This document shows, one piece after another, positions 1 through 13,021 of a DNA stretch of 64,000 bases. The stretch lies in NCBI GenBank assembly GCA_002633005.1, contig NMRA01000259.1:419840-483839 (forward strand), in the 5' to 3' direction. The notes beneath the pieces were generated by a model. The model saw nothing but the letters and a program-made list of their open reading frames with translations. It had not been told where the DNA came from and made no database searches. The position numbers and the translations under genes are program-made. Position 1 is the first letter of the stretch; every line of letters starts with the position of its first letter. Source of the DNA: Phoronis australis. Lineage: Eukaryota; Animalia; Phoronida.

Positions 1-552
1 ATAGCTGAACGGTGTTAAAGTGCTTAAAACCATATTTTTCGACAAACGACTACACTGTCAGCGTCACTGAACCTTCTTTTATTGCACTGCATGTCACATT
101 CGTGAATTCAATATCCCAAAAACGAGAAAATAGAAGTAAAGCCATTCCAGTTGAAAGTCTCTTAACTCCATGGACATCAGTGTGAAGTGTATCATGTCCA
201 CCAACACGCGAGTTTCTTGTACAAACTTGTGCCGGATCCTTGCCACAGCCATGTACTAAATTCCCACGTCCATCGCAAACGCAACGCCTCACCCGCATTC
301 CTTATTAAATCATAAACCACGGGAAAATATGGGCATCATGACCACTTTCCACACAGTATGACTAGTGTTGTGATTGGTTTACCGATTTTATGTAGTATGT
401 GTCGACTAATTGGCCTTATGATCGTAATTCGTAACTCAAGATCGGCTAAATAAACATATCGTCAAATAGTCTTTGCGGGTGTTCTAATTTGACATCTGCT
501 CGACTGTTGTTTATTTTTGGAGTTTTTGATATGAAATTAAGCACTTTATTAA

Positions 553-902
553 GGCCTGACCAGACTGCACGCGAGCGAGCGAAATTCGCCTTGCAATGTC
601 GCGCGAATGGGCGGCCATATCAATACATAAAACGCTAAAACGAGTCCGTGAGACAAAACAACTCAAAAGCAGCCGCGTGGACACCCGCCCCCACCATCTT
701 AAAATCTTCATGTTCAACACGCTTTTTAACTTTTTAAGACGAGTACGAAGGTTTGCTCAGGCTGCACGCGAGCGAACGACAAGAAATTTATTGTCGATGA
801 AATGGAGCAACCGAGATTTTATTACCCTGTGCACCGCTGCACGCGAGCGACGTGTGCGACGAGAGCGACGTCGTGTAAATTTCTGCGAGGTTGCCTCGCG
901 CT
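553..902. mobile_element. Truncated PIF/Harbinger-like MITE end
   Basis: TAA|GGCCTGACCAGACTGCACGCGA with the subterminal motif CTGCACGCGAGCGA three times; second end not found. Confidence 0.4.
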
Positions 903-1154
903 ATTCCATTTCGATGTTTGAATACACTTAGCGTGCACGGAATACCCGAATTTTGTAATCGCACGTTTGTTTTCAACGCTCCCTTAGGAAATGATTTTTG
1001 TTTAGAATAAACGAAAGCAAATTGTGCTTTATTGGCTTGAGAGACTTGCTTGGCAAATGTTTTTTGAAATTTCCCAGTGTAATTAAGTGTTGTCCTCAAG
1101 TAGACATATAGTCTTCAACAACTTTTAAGACAATCTCCAAAGCAGAGGCTGCGA

Positions 1155-1938
1155 TAGGCAATGACCATCGCCTCTGTTGGCCCGAACCAGAGGCGATGTA
1201 GAGGCTATAGGCGCTCTGTACGCCGGAAGCTTTTCGGCGAATTATGCCTCGCACCGACTAAACCATCAAAGTCACGTTGTTATAACTACCTTTTGCGCAT
1301 AGACGAACACCTTAGGAGGTTGTCGATGTGTTTAAGTTCTTCCAACTCGAACAAATACTCCCGTTATGAAACTTTTTCTTCGAGCAGTCCCTATTTCAGT
1401 TCCCAAAATCGTGAAATCAAAATTTTTGTACTGCGCACGCTCCAACTTTTACCGCGCTCGCAATAATTTTTAAATAGGCCAAAGGTGAGCCATTGCGGTC
1501 TTGTCAGTCAAATGTTCGTTTCCAAAATGCCACCACTGACTTGTCTTTAATTGGCGTTACTTGAAACTGTTTGTATTTCAATGAATTATTGTTTGTATTT
1601 GATAAAAATAAATGCTGTTAATATGACATTTAAAAGTCTTTGTGCACATATTTGACATTTTAATGTTTAACAACACGGCAAATGCACGGCTGGCTCCCGG
1701 CAGCACGTACGCAAAGGGCGGGAACTTCAGCTTTCAAAGTTCGCCGGTAGGATCGCAACTTCTGACCTTCGGCCTGGTTAAGGTGTTCGTCTATGCGCAA
1801 AAGGTAGTTATAACAACGTGGCTTTGATAGTTTAGTCGGTGCGAGGCATAATTCGCCGAAAAGCTTCCGGCGTACAGAGCGCCTATAGCCTCTACATCGC
1901 CTCTGGTTCGGGCCAACAGAGGCGATGGTCATTGCCTA
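1155..1938. mobile_element. Mutator-like (MULE) MITE, copy 1, internally deleted
   Basis: TIR TAGGCAATGACCATCGCC (about 155 bp arms); 9-bp TSD AGGCTGCGA at 1146-1154 and 1939-1947. Confidence 0.85.
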
Positions 1939-2673
1939 AGGCTGCGATAGCTGAGTACAGCACTGCAAGAGAAAATTGGAGCCTTAGATTTTTTATATGT
2001 GAACAGCAAGCTTCCATATGCGGCAATAGTCCTTATTGCTTGAAGTGCACTATTTAGTTCATCTCACTTTCAGCGAAACACAATTAAGAGGAAAAAAAGC
2101 TCCACGCCTTCCTCACTTAGCCAACGATTAGTAAGTCCTGAGAAGTGGACAACACACTGTAATATTTGCCAACATACATCTCAAACGGAGATCATTCCTA
2201 AAGGCCCGAGAGCAAACCTGAATAATCGGAATAGGATTACTCCCTGTCTAGTTGCAGGTAAATTTCTGACTCGGAAGAGCCTTTCCTAACGCACGCCTTC
2301 ACATGCATACATATTTTGAATCCAGAACATTTCCTTTAACTCCATATCTACAGTTCTATATGCTTCAAATTCCATGGGTGGCGCACCATAGGGGGCTGTG
2401 GGGATATAGCACGTGCTGCGTCGCCCATGTTAACTCGATCTGGTGAAGTCGGCCGAGAAAACAAAACGAAAATGCGGCGAGTCTTCAAAATCGCAAAGTT
2501 ATCCCTCAATAATTCCATGAAAGCTTGTTTTTGTTTGATGCAATATGTATATTCCAGTATTTTGTTTCCTATTTCAAATTTTACTAGCAATGTGAACTGA
2601 AGTGCTAAATTAACTAAAAACGTGTTATTTCCGAATCTGTTTCCGACTCCTCAGTAGAAGGTCAGAGGTGGAG

Positions 2674-2767
2674 CCACCGAGGTCAATAGTTTACGTACCT
2701 TCATTGTGAGGTGGGTCTGAAAAGCACCACCGAGGTCAATGGTTCACGACCCTTTATTGTGGGGTGG
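2674..2767 (+). repeat. 53-bp tandem duplication
   Basis: CCACCGAGGTCAAT..ATTGTG.GGTGG twice. Confidence 0.75.
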
Positions 2768-2950
2768 CCAAGGACGTTAACTGCAGCCGAGGCCTATTTT
2801 TAAAGTTTAGGAGTAGGCCAGGCTTGGTAGCTTTTAGGTAGGTGTTGTAGGCTCAGTGAATGCGGTTTGTCTATATGTGAACATTCTGGGAATGTGAGAA
2901 AAGACCAGTTACTGGGCTGAAGCTGCACCCTTCTTCAAGACGGCAGCCCC

Positions 2951-4121
2951 CTGCTCGCTGGTTCCCTGCGTCTCGCTAGGTGGCAGAGAACACACGCTTA
3001 ATTTTCCTCGGTAAATTTTTTTGCACCTGAGTTTCTGATTGGCTGGTCGAATTCTCAACAGGTAGCGCTTTACGCAAACAAACTGGCATGGCTGATGCCA
3101 GTTGGAAGTGTAAATGTGGGCTGTTGTACAGACAAATCGGTGCTTAATTCATGTTCAAATGTGAATCCCAGAAAATCGTGATTGCGCCTTTTCGGAGTGC
3201 ATCTTTCAACTGTCTGACTTCTGTTTACGTTGCTGTCCTGTATCCATATAGAATGAATAACACACCGGTTAAATCGGCCAGATATGTCATAAGTTTATAT
3301 GTGCTTCTAGCACGCGGCTATTAAACATTACAGCAGAAACGAAATAGTTGCTGCTACGCCACTTGCATGAATCGTTCATAGTCCGCCATTTTCTCTCTCT
3401 TTGTTGTAAAGGTAACCAATGACTGTCTGGGTCACATCAACTAGTCGCGAAAAGCGCGTGCTACTGAATGATACTTGCGTGCCGATCTGAAGGCACACTA
3501 CAGTTATTGCAGGGTTTTAGCTGCCGACACACCTAAGTGGAGACGAGTCCTTATCTCACGTCTTTATCGAGAGTCTGAAAGAAACAAAACGTTTTTTGGC
3601 GTTCCCAACTCAAAAACACTACTCATGATAACTGATTTTTAATAGACTAATTCACATCTGGAAAAAATACCGGAACACAAAAATATGACCAAAAAACACC
3701 AAATTTGAGTTTCCTCCCCAAATTTACTACTTCCCTGCAAGTGCTAGAAAAACTCTGACAACAGATTCAGAATGCTCTTTCTCTCTAGATTCTAAAAATG
3801 TGGTTCTAGTATGCCCCTTACCAGCTACTTTTTTGGACATTTCGATCTGTCCGACAGTCACCTGAAATCGCACCCGGTTTCTCAGTCAGCAGGCGACAGG
3901 GGTTAAAAGCAAACGACAGCCACCATTTCGCATGGAAAGTAGGTCGAGGCTAAAACAATGGCTTTTCTCCTTCAAAAACACAAGTAAACCAGTTTCCTGG
4001 CAATTGTTTTCAACAAATTCCTCAAACCATCCGCCAAACCTGACACACGCTCTGTATTTAAATTCTACTGCAGCCTAACTGTTCAGTGCTACCTTTCTAC
4101 ACGCAGGGAACCAGCAAGCAG
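2951..4121. mobile_element. Inverted-repeat-bounded element with an internal piggyBac-like end (GGGGTTAA, about 3905)
   Basis: CTGCTCGCTGGTTCCCTGCGT vs ACGCAGGGAACCAGCAAGCAG; no TSD seen. Confidence 0.5.
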
Positions 4122-4281
4122 CCTCCTGTTGGATTTGTGCATTGCCTGGGTAGGGATTGAGAAATTGGCTGCGATTTCAAGTAGTCCTCAAACAAGTCAG
4201 AATTGGAAAAAACTTGTTGGTTGACAGTACTTTTGGACCGCAGTTTTAGAATCTCTAGGAAATTTGTTTTCATTATGTAAT

Positions 4282-4290
4282 GTTATTATT

Positions 4291-4335
<45 letters not shown>

Positions 4336-4345
4336 ATTATTATTG
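4282..4345 (+). repeat. (GTT)n microsatellite with ATT flanks
   Basis: About 14 GTT units. Confidence 0.95.
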
Positions 4346-5525
4346 TGATATTTAAAATGAGGGTGGACTCTTCAGTGATAGCACTGCTTTCCAAGAGGGC
4401 CCTCAAACGTTGGCTTACACCTGTATGTCGGGCAGAATCGATTGTTTGGGGGTGAAAAGTGCCAATTTTGTGTTTTTGCCCATTTTTCTTCTTAACCTAT
4501 TTTACTTTTCAGTAGGATTGAAAGAGCCAAAAATAATAGACAAACTAAAGTTTCTGTGCTCATCTGTAGGGCTTTTGATGTGAAATGACTCAAAACATGT
4601 CATATTTTGCATACAATTTTCGACAGTGGCGTGTGTTTTGTTAGGCAATACTAGTGAGAACGGTTCTGTTCCCCTTGACTCGTTGCGCAAGTAAATGTGA
4701 GAGGTTAAGTTCCGTAACAAGCCGGGGACCAGGGCTGTTTGTCAAAGAGTGACGGGAGCAACAGATAGGACTTGAAAAGCGCGAAATAACATGTCAGATT
4801 AAGGAATTTGGATCAGAATTCTCAATTACTTCGTATATGACTGTGTCAGGAGCGTTAGGCTACATCAAAGAGTAATTTTCCGCCTGATGTGTGCGCAGAG
4901 AGTGTTTGAATATCGCCAAGCTACTCAATGCTCGATCGAACCGCATGTTTTGAATACGAAGTTTTCGTTGGAAATGTCGTTAAAGGATAAGTGCACAAGA
5001 AACCCCTGTAGTCGCAAATAATTTGGATGTATTGATGGGTGGTGCAGTCACCTGGGAGGCAAACTTCGCCCTCATTAACATCAACCGCCTAAACAAATCC
5101 GTCCGTGTGTTTGAAGCCGGTTGATTCCGCAAAATCTTTTTTTCTCGCTACTGATGTTATAAACTCGTATTTGTAGTTCTCCGGTGATGAAGATATAGTA
5201 TTTCGCTAGACACGTTTTGGAGTATTGCAAAAACGACCGGTTTTTGTGAATAAAGTTTGTAGTCTCGTTTTGAAAGCCGGGTACATGTAAATGTTTAATG
5301 TGAAGTAATTTGTAATATTTTGATTGACCGGACATGATGAAAAAGATTTGGTCATCTTTCACAAGACTAGTAATAATGAATGTGGCAGCGTGGCACTCAT
5401 GACGTAAGTGCCACCGACTACACAGCTGACTCACAGGAACACTATCGGTTTTACGGCTGAAAACACAATTTTAGGATTATGTTTGGATGGGGGTACACGT
5501 TCAGAAGATTTTAGCTTTGACCAGC

Positions 5526-5585
5526 GCTCTAACACGTGACCATAGCTCTAACACGTGACCATAGCTCTAACACGTGACCAGAGCT
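5526..5585 (+). repeat. 19-bp tandem repeat x3
   Basis: GCTCTAACACGTGACCATA. Confidence 0.9.
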
Positions 5586-6802
5586 ATAAAACAACAAAAT
5601 CTGTTGAGTTTCTGTGATTTTGATATCGTTAATTTTCGCCGTTGTTGGTCAGATATTCGTGGAAATCAAGGCTGGCGACTTTACCATTTTACGCGCTGCT
5701 CCATGTGATGAATCGCCAAAGGGCTTTTAAATGTGTACCTTCCTGCGCGTTGAAGTTTTCTTATTCAACGTGTACTTTTACATTTTCTACTCTACCTTTG
5801 TGCGAGCTCAAGTGTCAAGCCTTGGTGCAACGCGAGTAAAGTTTGAATATAGACGACTTTTCTAAAACGTAGCGACATGTTCGGCGGAAAAAAACACCCA
5901 CCATTGTCAAGCGTTATTCTTTTTCACATATCTTTAGGCACTGCTTGTAGAGAGGCCGCTGGGGAACACAGCTTTACGATCAGTGACAGTGAATACTAAT
6001 CGCTATCCTTGAAACTGCGTGAGGCCATTCACATTCAGTGTTCAGAAACGCCCTCACTCAGTGCACAGGTTTCCCACGAGTCGTTGACACTGTTACACTG
6101 AGTTGTGATTCGCTGATTGCAAGCCAATCCTGTTCTGGTATTTTTGCGCGTTTTGAAATTTTCTGTGTATCGGACCTGTGGCAATGCTGGCGTCCATTCT
6201 CAGATTAAAGCTTGACAATGTCGGATATTTTACCGCCAAAACATGTCGTTACATTTTAGAAAAGGTGTCGTCTTTAATGTTTGCTTAATAACATCTGAAA
6301 TTAATGTCATTCAAAACTACACTCTTAGTTCAGTTAACTAAATGAGTTACCCGTGGTAAAAATTGCTGTTCGACCGTTACTTTACCGTTTAATGGACACG
6401 CGCACGCGCCATTTGCTATTTTGTGACATGTTTCAGGAGATGAGGACAGCTTCGCCGATGAAAAAGATTCTCAGAAATTCGGTTTGCTGGTGTTAAAATA
6501 TTATGTGTCAATTTCTGAGAGCACCTACGGGTGGTTCTACATCGACCATCACAGATTTTCCCGGACCTCTAAGACGAGCCGGACTATTTTGTCTATTTTC
6601 CTTCTTTTCACAGCGGGAAACTCCTGTGATGATACAAAGTACTGAACAAATCAAAATGTATGAACATACAACATCAAGAAAGAATAATGTATTGTTAAAT
6701 CTCGACACTCAACCAACAAAAAAGGTGTTGGCAGAACCTACTAGTACGGATTGGGTATTTACCCAGATCTTCTAGAACTTCGTGTAATAGTTCGGATCTT
6801 AA

Positions 6803-8499
6803 AGGAGCATGCCACCCAAAAAACAACCTAATTTGTATCAATTTAGATCGAGTAGTTTTACTCCATAACGACTACGTACGGTTGCGTTACCTGACACCTG
6901 ACGGCAGACGGAGGTGTTGAAATTATCCAATGACGTCATCGGTTTCACACACAGTTTGTTCAGCAGTTCACAACACGGGTTACTGGTGTCAGCTTATCGC
7001 TTGAAGTCATCGTTTAACACCAATAAATCATCAAACTTCGATGTAAAACCCTTGAAAATACACCGAGTTCTTATGAAAACGTGTTGTTTTATTTCGCATC
7101 TTACGGATTTATTGGTATTTGGACACACCGTAGCCTACAAAGTTCGGCAGGCCAATAAGGTCCGTAGCAGGAGTTTGGGGTCTGTTCGGAGATAATTTCG
7201 AAGTATTTTCCGTGAGATACAGATAGGGTAACCTAGATCTGTGTTGTTTAGACTTGTGATTTTTATATTTCTAAACACAAAACGCTTGTTATCCTGGTCA
7301 GTGGCTCGGAGCCCGATCAGGCCCGGATTGACTCGTTATCCCGGCCAGTGGCTCGGAAACTGATCAGACATCACCAACATAAACCAACCAAAGTGCAGTG
7401 GAAACTAAACTTTTAGTCAAGAAAATACTATACTAGTGAGCCAAAGTAATGTGCACCTGATTATGTTGGTGAATTAGCCACGAAACTGCAAACCTACTTA
7501 CTCGTCGGGGGCTGCGAATTCAGGTTCCGCTTTGGCCACAGCACCGTCAGGGGGCAGAAGTTGTACATTGACAATCATTATTTGAGTAATGTAAAAGGAA
7601 ATAAAGATTCCCCTAACACCTGGCCGTGAGATGGAAATCGAGTTGTTTCACAACAGTTTCTGCCAGCAAACACTAAATTAGCATGAACTCACACGGCCTC
7701 GGGGTCCCGTCAATTAGTTTTATTGCACATATAAAGCCGGTAACGCAGTGATTTATTCATTGCTGGCTTCTCAAATCATTTGCACTCACGAACACTCCAA
7801 AGGCATTACAAATTGCATCTAATGAGACAGACTTTGTTAAGGTTTTATATAAGTATTGATTAGGGTGAGAATAATTCATTTTGAAACAGAACGCTCAGTA
7901 AACGTCAAAACATGGCAACTCGCAATCCCGACTTAGGCCAAGCTAGAGCATCATCAGTCCCGACTTCGCAGGTGGATCGTTAAGTTTTACAGGCTATCAA
8001 TTCGAACAGGAATACAGTGATGAAGAAATACTAGAGATGCGCCGTGAACAAGCTCAGACAAGGGAACGTATGCAGTTATTTGAAAAGCCGGCATTCGTCA
8101 GGCAATGTCGACGTCTGCAGGCCACAGACACGGAGAAGTTTCACGGCCTCATATTTGCTATTTACGGCGTACATTTCATTCTTCACTACCATGAGCCACT
8201 TCCTAAGCATTTCGGACTTTCTAGGAAGTAAAAAAAACGATATACCCGCTTTCCTCGCAGCTGCCTGGGAGTATTGATATTGGTCCTAGCAGCTGCTTAG
8301 TTCGAGCGGGAACGATGCACCGCAACATAGCGGCATTCACTCTGCATACGAACCACTGACGTCGCTAGCGTCGTTTGTCACCTTCCTCACAGGTTAACGC
8401 GACACCTCTTGGCAAGGTAAGTTCGACCGTATGCGAGGCGATGTGGATACAGACCGATAAGACGGCAAAAAGACTAATTAAATCGGGTGGCATTCTCCT
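6803..8499. mobile_element. Kolobok-type non-autonomous DNA transposon
   Basis: TTAA on both sides; TIR AGGAGCATGCCACCC vs AGGAGAATGCCACCC (1 mismatch); internal decayed KolX-like coding remnant. Confidence 0.8.
7992..8277 (+). pseudogene. Decayed KolX / P2X7 ballast-like ORF inside the Kolobok element
   Basis: GYQFEQEYSDEEI...GN/CRRLQATDTEK...LFTAYISF...FLGSKKNDIPA spread across frames, resembling the KolX pattern PYxFEP..CxCGNC..E..CC..RxxAYRxF..LG..NR..IPxC. Confidence 0.5.
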
Positions 8500-9125
8500 T
8501 TAAGATAGTACTGAGCAACTGCAACAAGTACTTAGCAATTAACTGACAAAATGCGCGTTTTCGGTCGAATTTTTATGCACAAAATCAAAAAAGGTCGAAC
8601 TTTTGACCTTTACTGTTGCAGCATCTTTTCATTGTACACAAATTTCAAGAGTCATTTTATTGCAGCTTGCTATGTCGGCTTACCAATAACTTAGTTTGAG
8701 TTTGGGTACTTAAATTAGGTAGTACGACAAAACGAGTACCCTTACGAAGGGGGGTTACTTCGTTTCTTTGAAAATTATATTTATGGGCTTGGCAATGAAT
8801 ATTATACACGGCTACACAGCATCGAATGACAATTCTTAATCTACACGGATTAGTCCAGCTACCAATAGAGGTAATTGAAATTTTTGCATGTTTCATGTAA
8901 AAATTTCAGGAGGGTACAAAAATAGACGGAGAGGTCAGTTGAGGTGGTTGATGTCGTTTGAGGTGGATATGAATCGACTCGTAAAATTTCTACCAATTCT
9001 GAAATGTAAATGTACGCAGACTTGTGGGAGAACAATTGATTAAAGAATCGGCGAAAAAGGTCATTAGGAGAAGCTCAATTTCACGGCTCTGAAAGCCGAC
9101 GCATAAGAGCGCTCCACAACTTTAA

Positions 9126-9574
9126 GTGTAGAATAACGGTAGAACTGTATTTTTAGCACAGGTAAATAATTTAGTTTACTCAAAGAAGAGAGTAATTTTC
9201 AGTGACCTTAATTTCATGTCACATTTTTTACCCACATCTATGCAAATCTGTATATATATGCTAGACAGCTTTGTATCAAGGCTATGGTACATTATGTTTC
9301 ATGCATATTAGTTTCTAGTACAAGGATTAGACAATTATTCACGCAAACCAGGCATTATGTATTCGAGCATAAAAAAACTCAAACTTATCCTGAGTTGGAG
9401 TACATATGCATAAAACATAATGTTCTCTAGCCTTCATGCAACGCTGTATAAATATAAATACATTTTTGTTTAATAAAATCTGAAAATAAGCATCGTTAAA
9501 AACTTTACTTTTCCATGAGTAAACTAAATTAGTTACCGGTGCTAAAAAAATGCAGTTCGAACGTTATTCTACTG
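9126..9574. mobile_element. Degenerate foldback MITE flanked by TTAA
   Basis: GTAGAATAACG..TTTAGTTTACTCA..ACATTATGTTTCATGCATAT mirrored in reverse complement; TTAA at both ends. Confidence 0.6.
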
Positions 9575-9962
9575 TTAAAGAGACACGCGCACGCGCCATT
9601 GGTTATTTTTGCGACACCTTTTGACAGATGACGACAGCTTCGCCGAAGAAAAAAATCCCAGAAATTCTGGCATACATGATTCCTGATTCCTAATGAATTG
9701 CATAACTGAATTCAAGAATTCACCATTTTGTAACTTTTGGTTTAGAGATGTTGTTTTTCAGTAATTTGGTTTTCACATTACAGTAAATCATCGCAAAAGA
9801 CGCACCAAAATATTGGAAATTGACGTTCAAGAAAAATGACAAGAGAGAACGATGAACTTACTTTTTGGTCGTGCACTCGGCCCATCGGATAAATCGGATT
9901 CCGCCTCACTCGGATCTAATCGAATGTGCGGGGTATTCTCATAGAAAACGATATATGGTACT

Positions 9963-11873
9963 CAGTGGCGGTTCTAGGATATCATAAGGGGGGCCCAACA
10001 TTTTGTCTCGTGAGCATTTGCGCCAAGCGCGATTGCAGATGCGCATGAATGGGGGAGATAGTTTTGTTTTTGCCTCTAAAAACAAGCATTTTCGTTGATT
10101 CCTGAAGTGTTATCAAAGGAAGAAGGAAAAAAAACTGTACAGTGAGAACGTATCAAACTGCAAAACTTCACTTACTACCCACTCGTACTCACAAGCTGTC
10201 TGCTACAGCGAGCGAGCTTTACCACTGCACCACCAGGCTTTCAGTTATAACAAGAAATTTAGAGACCTACTTATTTATGGTCCACAGTGTTTGCCCGCGA
10301 AATTAACTTACTTCTTTTTATAATGCTTATTACACGCTTTATATTTTGTGCAATTAGTTTGTAACAAAAGTTGTTATGTTTAAAATAGGCTTCAATTGCC
10401 CAAAAGACCAAATCCGTTTTTTGTGTTGACATTAATGACGCGTTTGCTTTGGAAATTGTCTTGATTTCAAGGCTTCACAGAGAGAGAATTATGAGTTTCT
10501 GAGTGATTCACTAAGGCTTCGATTAAAATTCACATCTTACCAGCAGCTTCTGTTTCTTTATCCCATACGCGTTGAATATGTCGAGGGAAATACGGCCATG
10601 TAATAATGTTTTCCGTACTTACCTCCCGCACTACTTCAACAGTGACCTCTGACATTGAAGGTTCAAACGGTAGGTCAACGTCGACTCGACGTCGTTAGCA
10701 GGTTAGATCATCAAATTTTCGGAAAATAGCATAAAGTAATACAACCGTAGTAGTGTAATTACCACTCAACATGCAACCAGGTCTCAATCGTAACATCTGG
10801 AACAGGACTGTTAATTATATGACAGTTCTGTCTCAGTTTTGAATTTTTTATTATATCGTCTGCAATTCAGGCGCCGGTTCCTCGCCAATATCAAACATTG
10901 TTGTCACTGCCCATGACAGCACCCGCTTCTATCGGCGACAGTATTACACGAGCAGCAACGACGACCGTCCTAGCAACTTATCCTATGCTACAGAATCCGT
11001 ATCCAGCCAGCTAGCTGTATGAACAGACTGTCGTATATTTAGTATACAGCTTTGTACCAAGGCTACAGAATCCGTAGAAATGCAACAACGTACCTGTAAC
11101 AACGCTACAACAGGCATATTTTTGTTATTTATTTATTTTCGAAATATGATACAAGTTCAATGCACAAGAACTCGTTTTCACACTTTTTATGAATTTCAAG
11201 TAATAAACCGTTACATTTAAAACTGTTTTTTTTTCCTTTAGTAAGCTGCAACATAACGCGCACGTACATACACAACAGGTTGTGATTCGCCACGTAAACA
11301 GTCAGGGTGTACTATTCCTAAAATGCCGAAAGAAAACAAATGAAACTCACGAATTCGATGAGTATGGGATAAATACAAAACGTACCTCGAGTGCGTACAT
11401 GAAATAATATCACACTCGAAACTATTTTCGCGAATAGACCTCGACCTCCGGTCTCGGTCGATACGCGGAATAATGTGGGATATTATTTCATTTACACCAC
11501 TCTCGATACGTTTTGTGTATTTATCATTTTCTTTAAAAAAATAAAGTAATTGCACAGTGGAGCAGACGACGGACACGGAGTCGCAGTGCGCAGGTCCACT
11601 GTCGGTCGCTTGGCAAAACGGGAGAGCCATCACTTAGCTATAATTCCGTTACGATTGCGCCGATTGTCTGAATCTGACACTTGAAATCAGTTGAGCCCCT
11701 CCCCCCAAACACACTAAAACTGCATACATTTAAACCTTATTTCAGCCGTATAATGTTAATTACCGGGGTTTGTTAATAAACTCAATATTTCCTCACGCTC
11801 TTGCTGTTTTATTTTTTTGCGGCAGCCAAAGGGGGAGCCCGGGCACCCTGCCCCCTCCTAAATCCGCCTATTG
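9963..11873. mobile_element. hAT-like MITE ends (CAGTGGCGG...CCGCCTATTG), possibly one old element
   Basis: Imperfect TIRs CAGTGGCGGTTCTAGGA / TCCTAAATCCGCCTATTG with GGGGGCCC subtermini; TSD not recovered. Confidence 0.4.
10180..10240 (-). mobile_element. tRNA-derived SINE head
   Basis: Minus strand GCCTGGTGGTGCAGTGGTAAAGC (A box) .. GAGTACGAGT (degenerate B box). Confidence 0.4.
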
Positions 11874-12888
11874 GACTGGCTGCTCGGAAGGCCGACTTTT
11901 TACCACCAGTTTTCCACGAAAATATGCACTTCCATGCTAAATGGTGCCTTTCCCCGATTTAATACCCTACAAAAGGGTTTTCACTGTGAAAATTCAATTT
12001 CGTCGGAATCGTACCAAAATTCCCTTTCCCAATTACAAAATCTACTGATGGGATTTAATATTATCAATAGTTTATAACTGGTAGTTGTAAAGCATGTGAC
12101 AACATGGAATTTGTTCTTCTGCTGCCTCATGCTTGATTGATTAAAAAATAAGCAGCCCAAATATCCCCACGAAAAGGTTTTAGCGGGTTTATGGAATAAT
12201 GCGCTGAAGAAAAGATCAATCTTGGAGCCAAACCTTACAAAAGGGGACTTTTTATGGAAGCTCACTACAAATGGGAATATTTTGTGGGTCCTATCTCTAA
12301 ATTGGTGGTTATCCTAATTTTCAACTGCTTCAACTCGACTTCGGCAAAATATAGTCGAATAATGAATGTCCCCAAGACTTCCAACTTTCTCCGCGGTCCA
12401 GCAACATTCAAGTTTTATTGTCGGGTATTTTTGATCAGGCCCGTAGCCAGCATTGCGCGGGGTTGGTTCGAATTTCTAGAACGGCGGACCTTATGATATT
12501 TTGCAAACGTCTGCCTTATAGAGTTTTCGAGAAAGCCAGGCTTGACGCAGCTTAATTAGGGGGAAGGAAAATATGTATACACAGCGACGACTCTCAACTG
12601 CGGCTCCCAAGATGAGACGGAATTCGTAATACCAGAGATGAGGATGCCGTGACGGTTGCTAGCAAAGAACGGGACTCAAACTCAGATGAAATTTGGCCAA
12701 AAAAGAGAATGTTCTCGCGTTACCCCCTGCCAAACTTTCAAACCGGTCGTGCTTAAATGAATAATTACACCTCATTACATCCTCGGACGGAAATATTTAG
12801 TCGGAGAATGACATGAATTTTTTTCAATCTGGTTGTATTTTGCGTGTTACTAACTTGTTTACATCGCTGGAAATGGGCCGGAACAGTC

Positions 12889-13021
12889 CACTATTCCACT
12901 GGAAGGTTCACTATTCCAAAGGTTCATTATTCCGAAGGTTCAATACTCTGAAGATTCACTTTTCCGAAGGTTCACTACTCTGAAGGTTTACTAGTTATTC
13001 CGAAGGTTCATTCCTCCGAAA
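12889..13021 (+). repeat. 16-bp minisatellite (about 8 units), probably a transposon subterminal array
   Basis: Consensus TTCCGAAGGTTCACTA. Confidence 0.85.

Noticed and set aside
50-298. 82-aa minus-strand ORF at the window start
   Set aside because: No family recognised in any frame; cannot be supported without a search.
1161-1932. Mirror-image ORFs MTIASVGPNQRR on both strands
   Set aside because: Product of the MITE terminal inverted repeats; no protein motif.
4197-4455. Poly-Thr / poly-Val ORFs
   Set aside because: Translations of the (GTT)n microsatellite.
5526-5585. Short direct repeats as a CRISPR array (also 12889-13021)
   Set aside because: No unique spacers, eukaryotic context, no cas genes.
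11238-11633. 131-aa minus-strand ORF
   Set aside because: No recognisable domain; lies between hAT-like ends.
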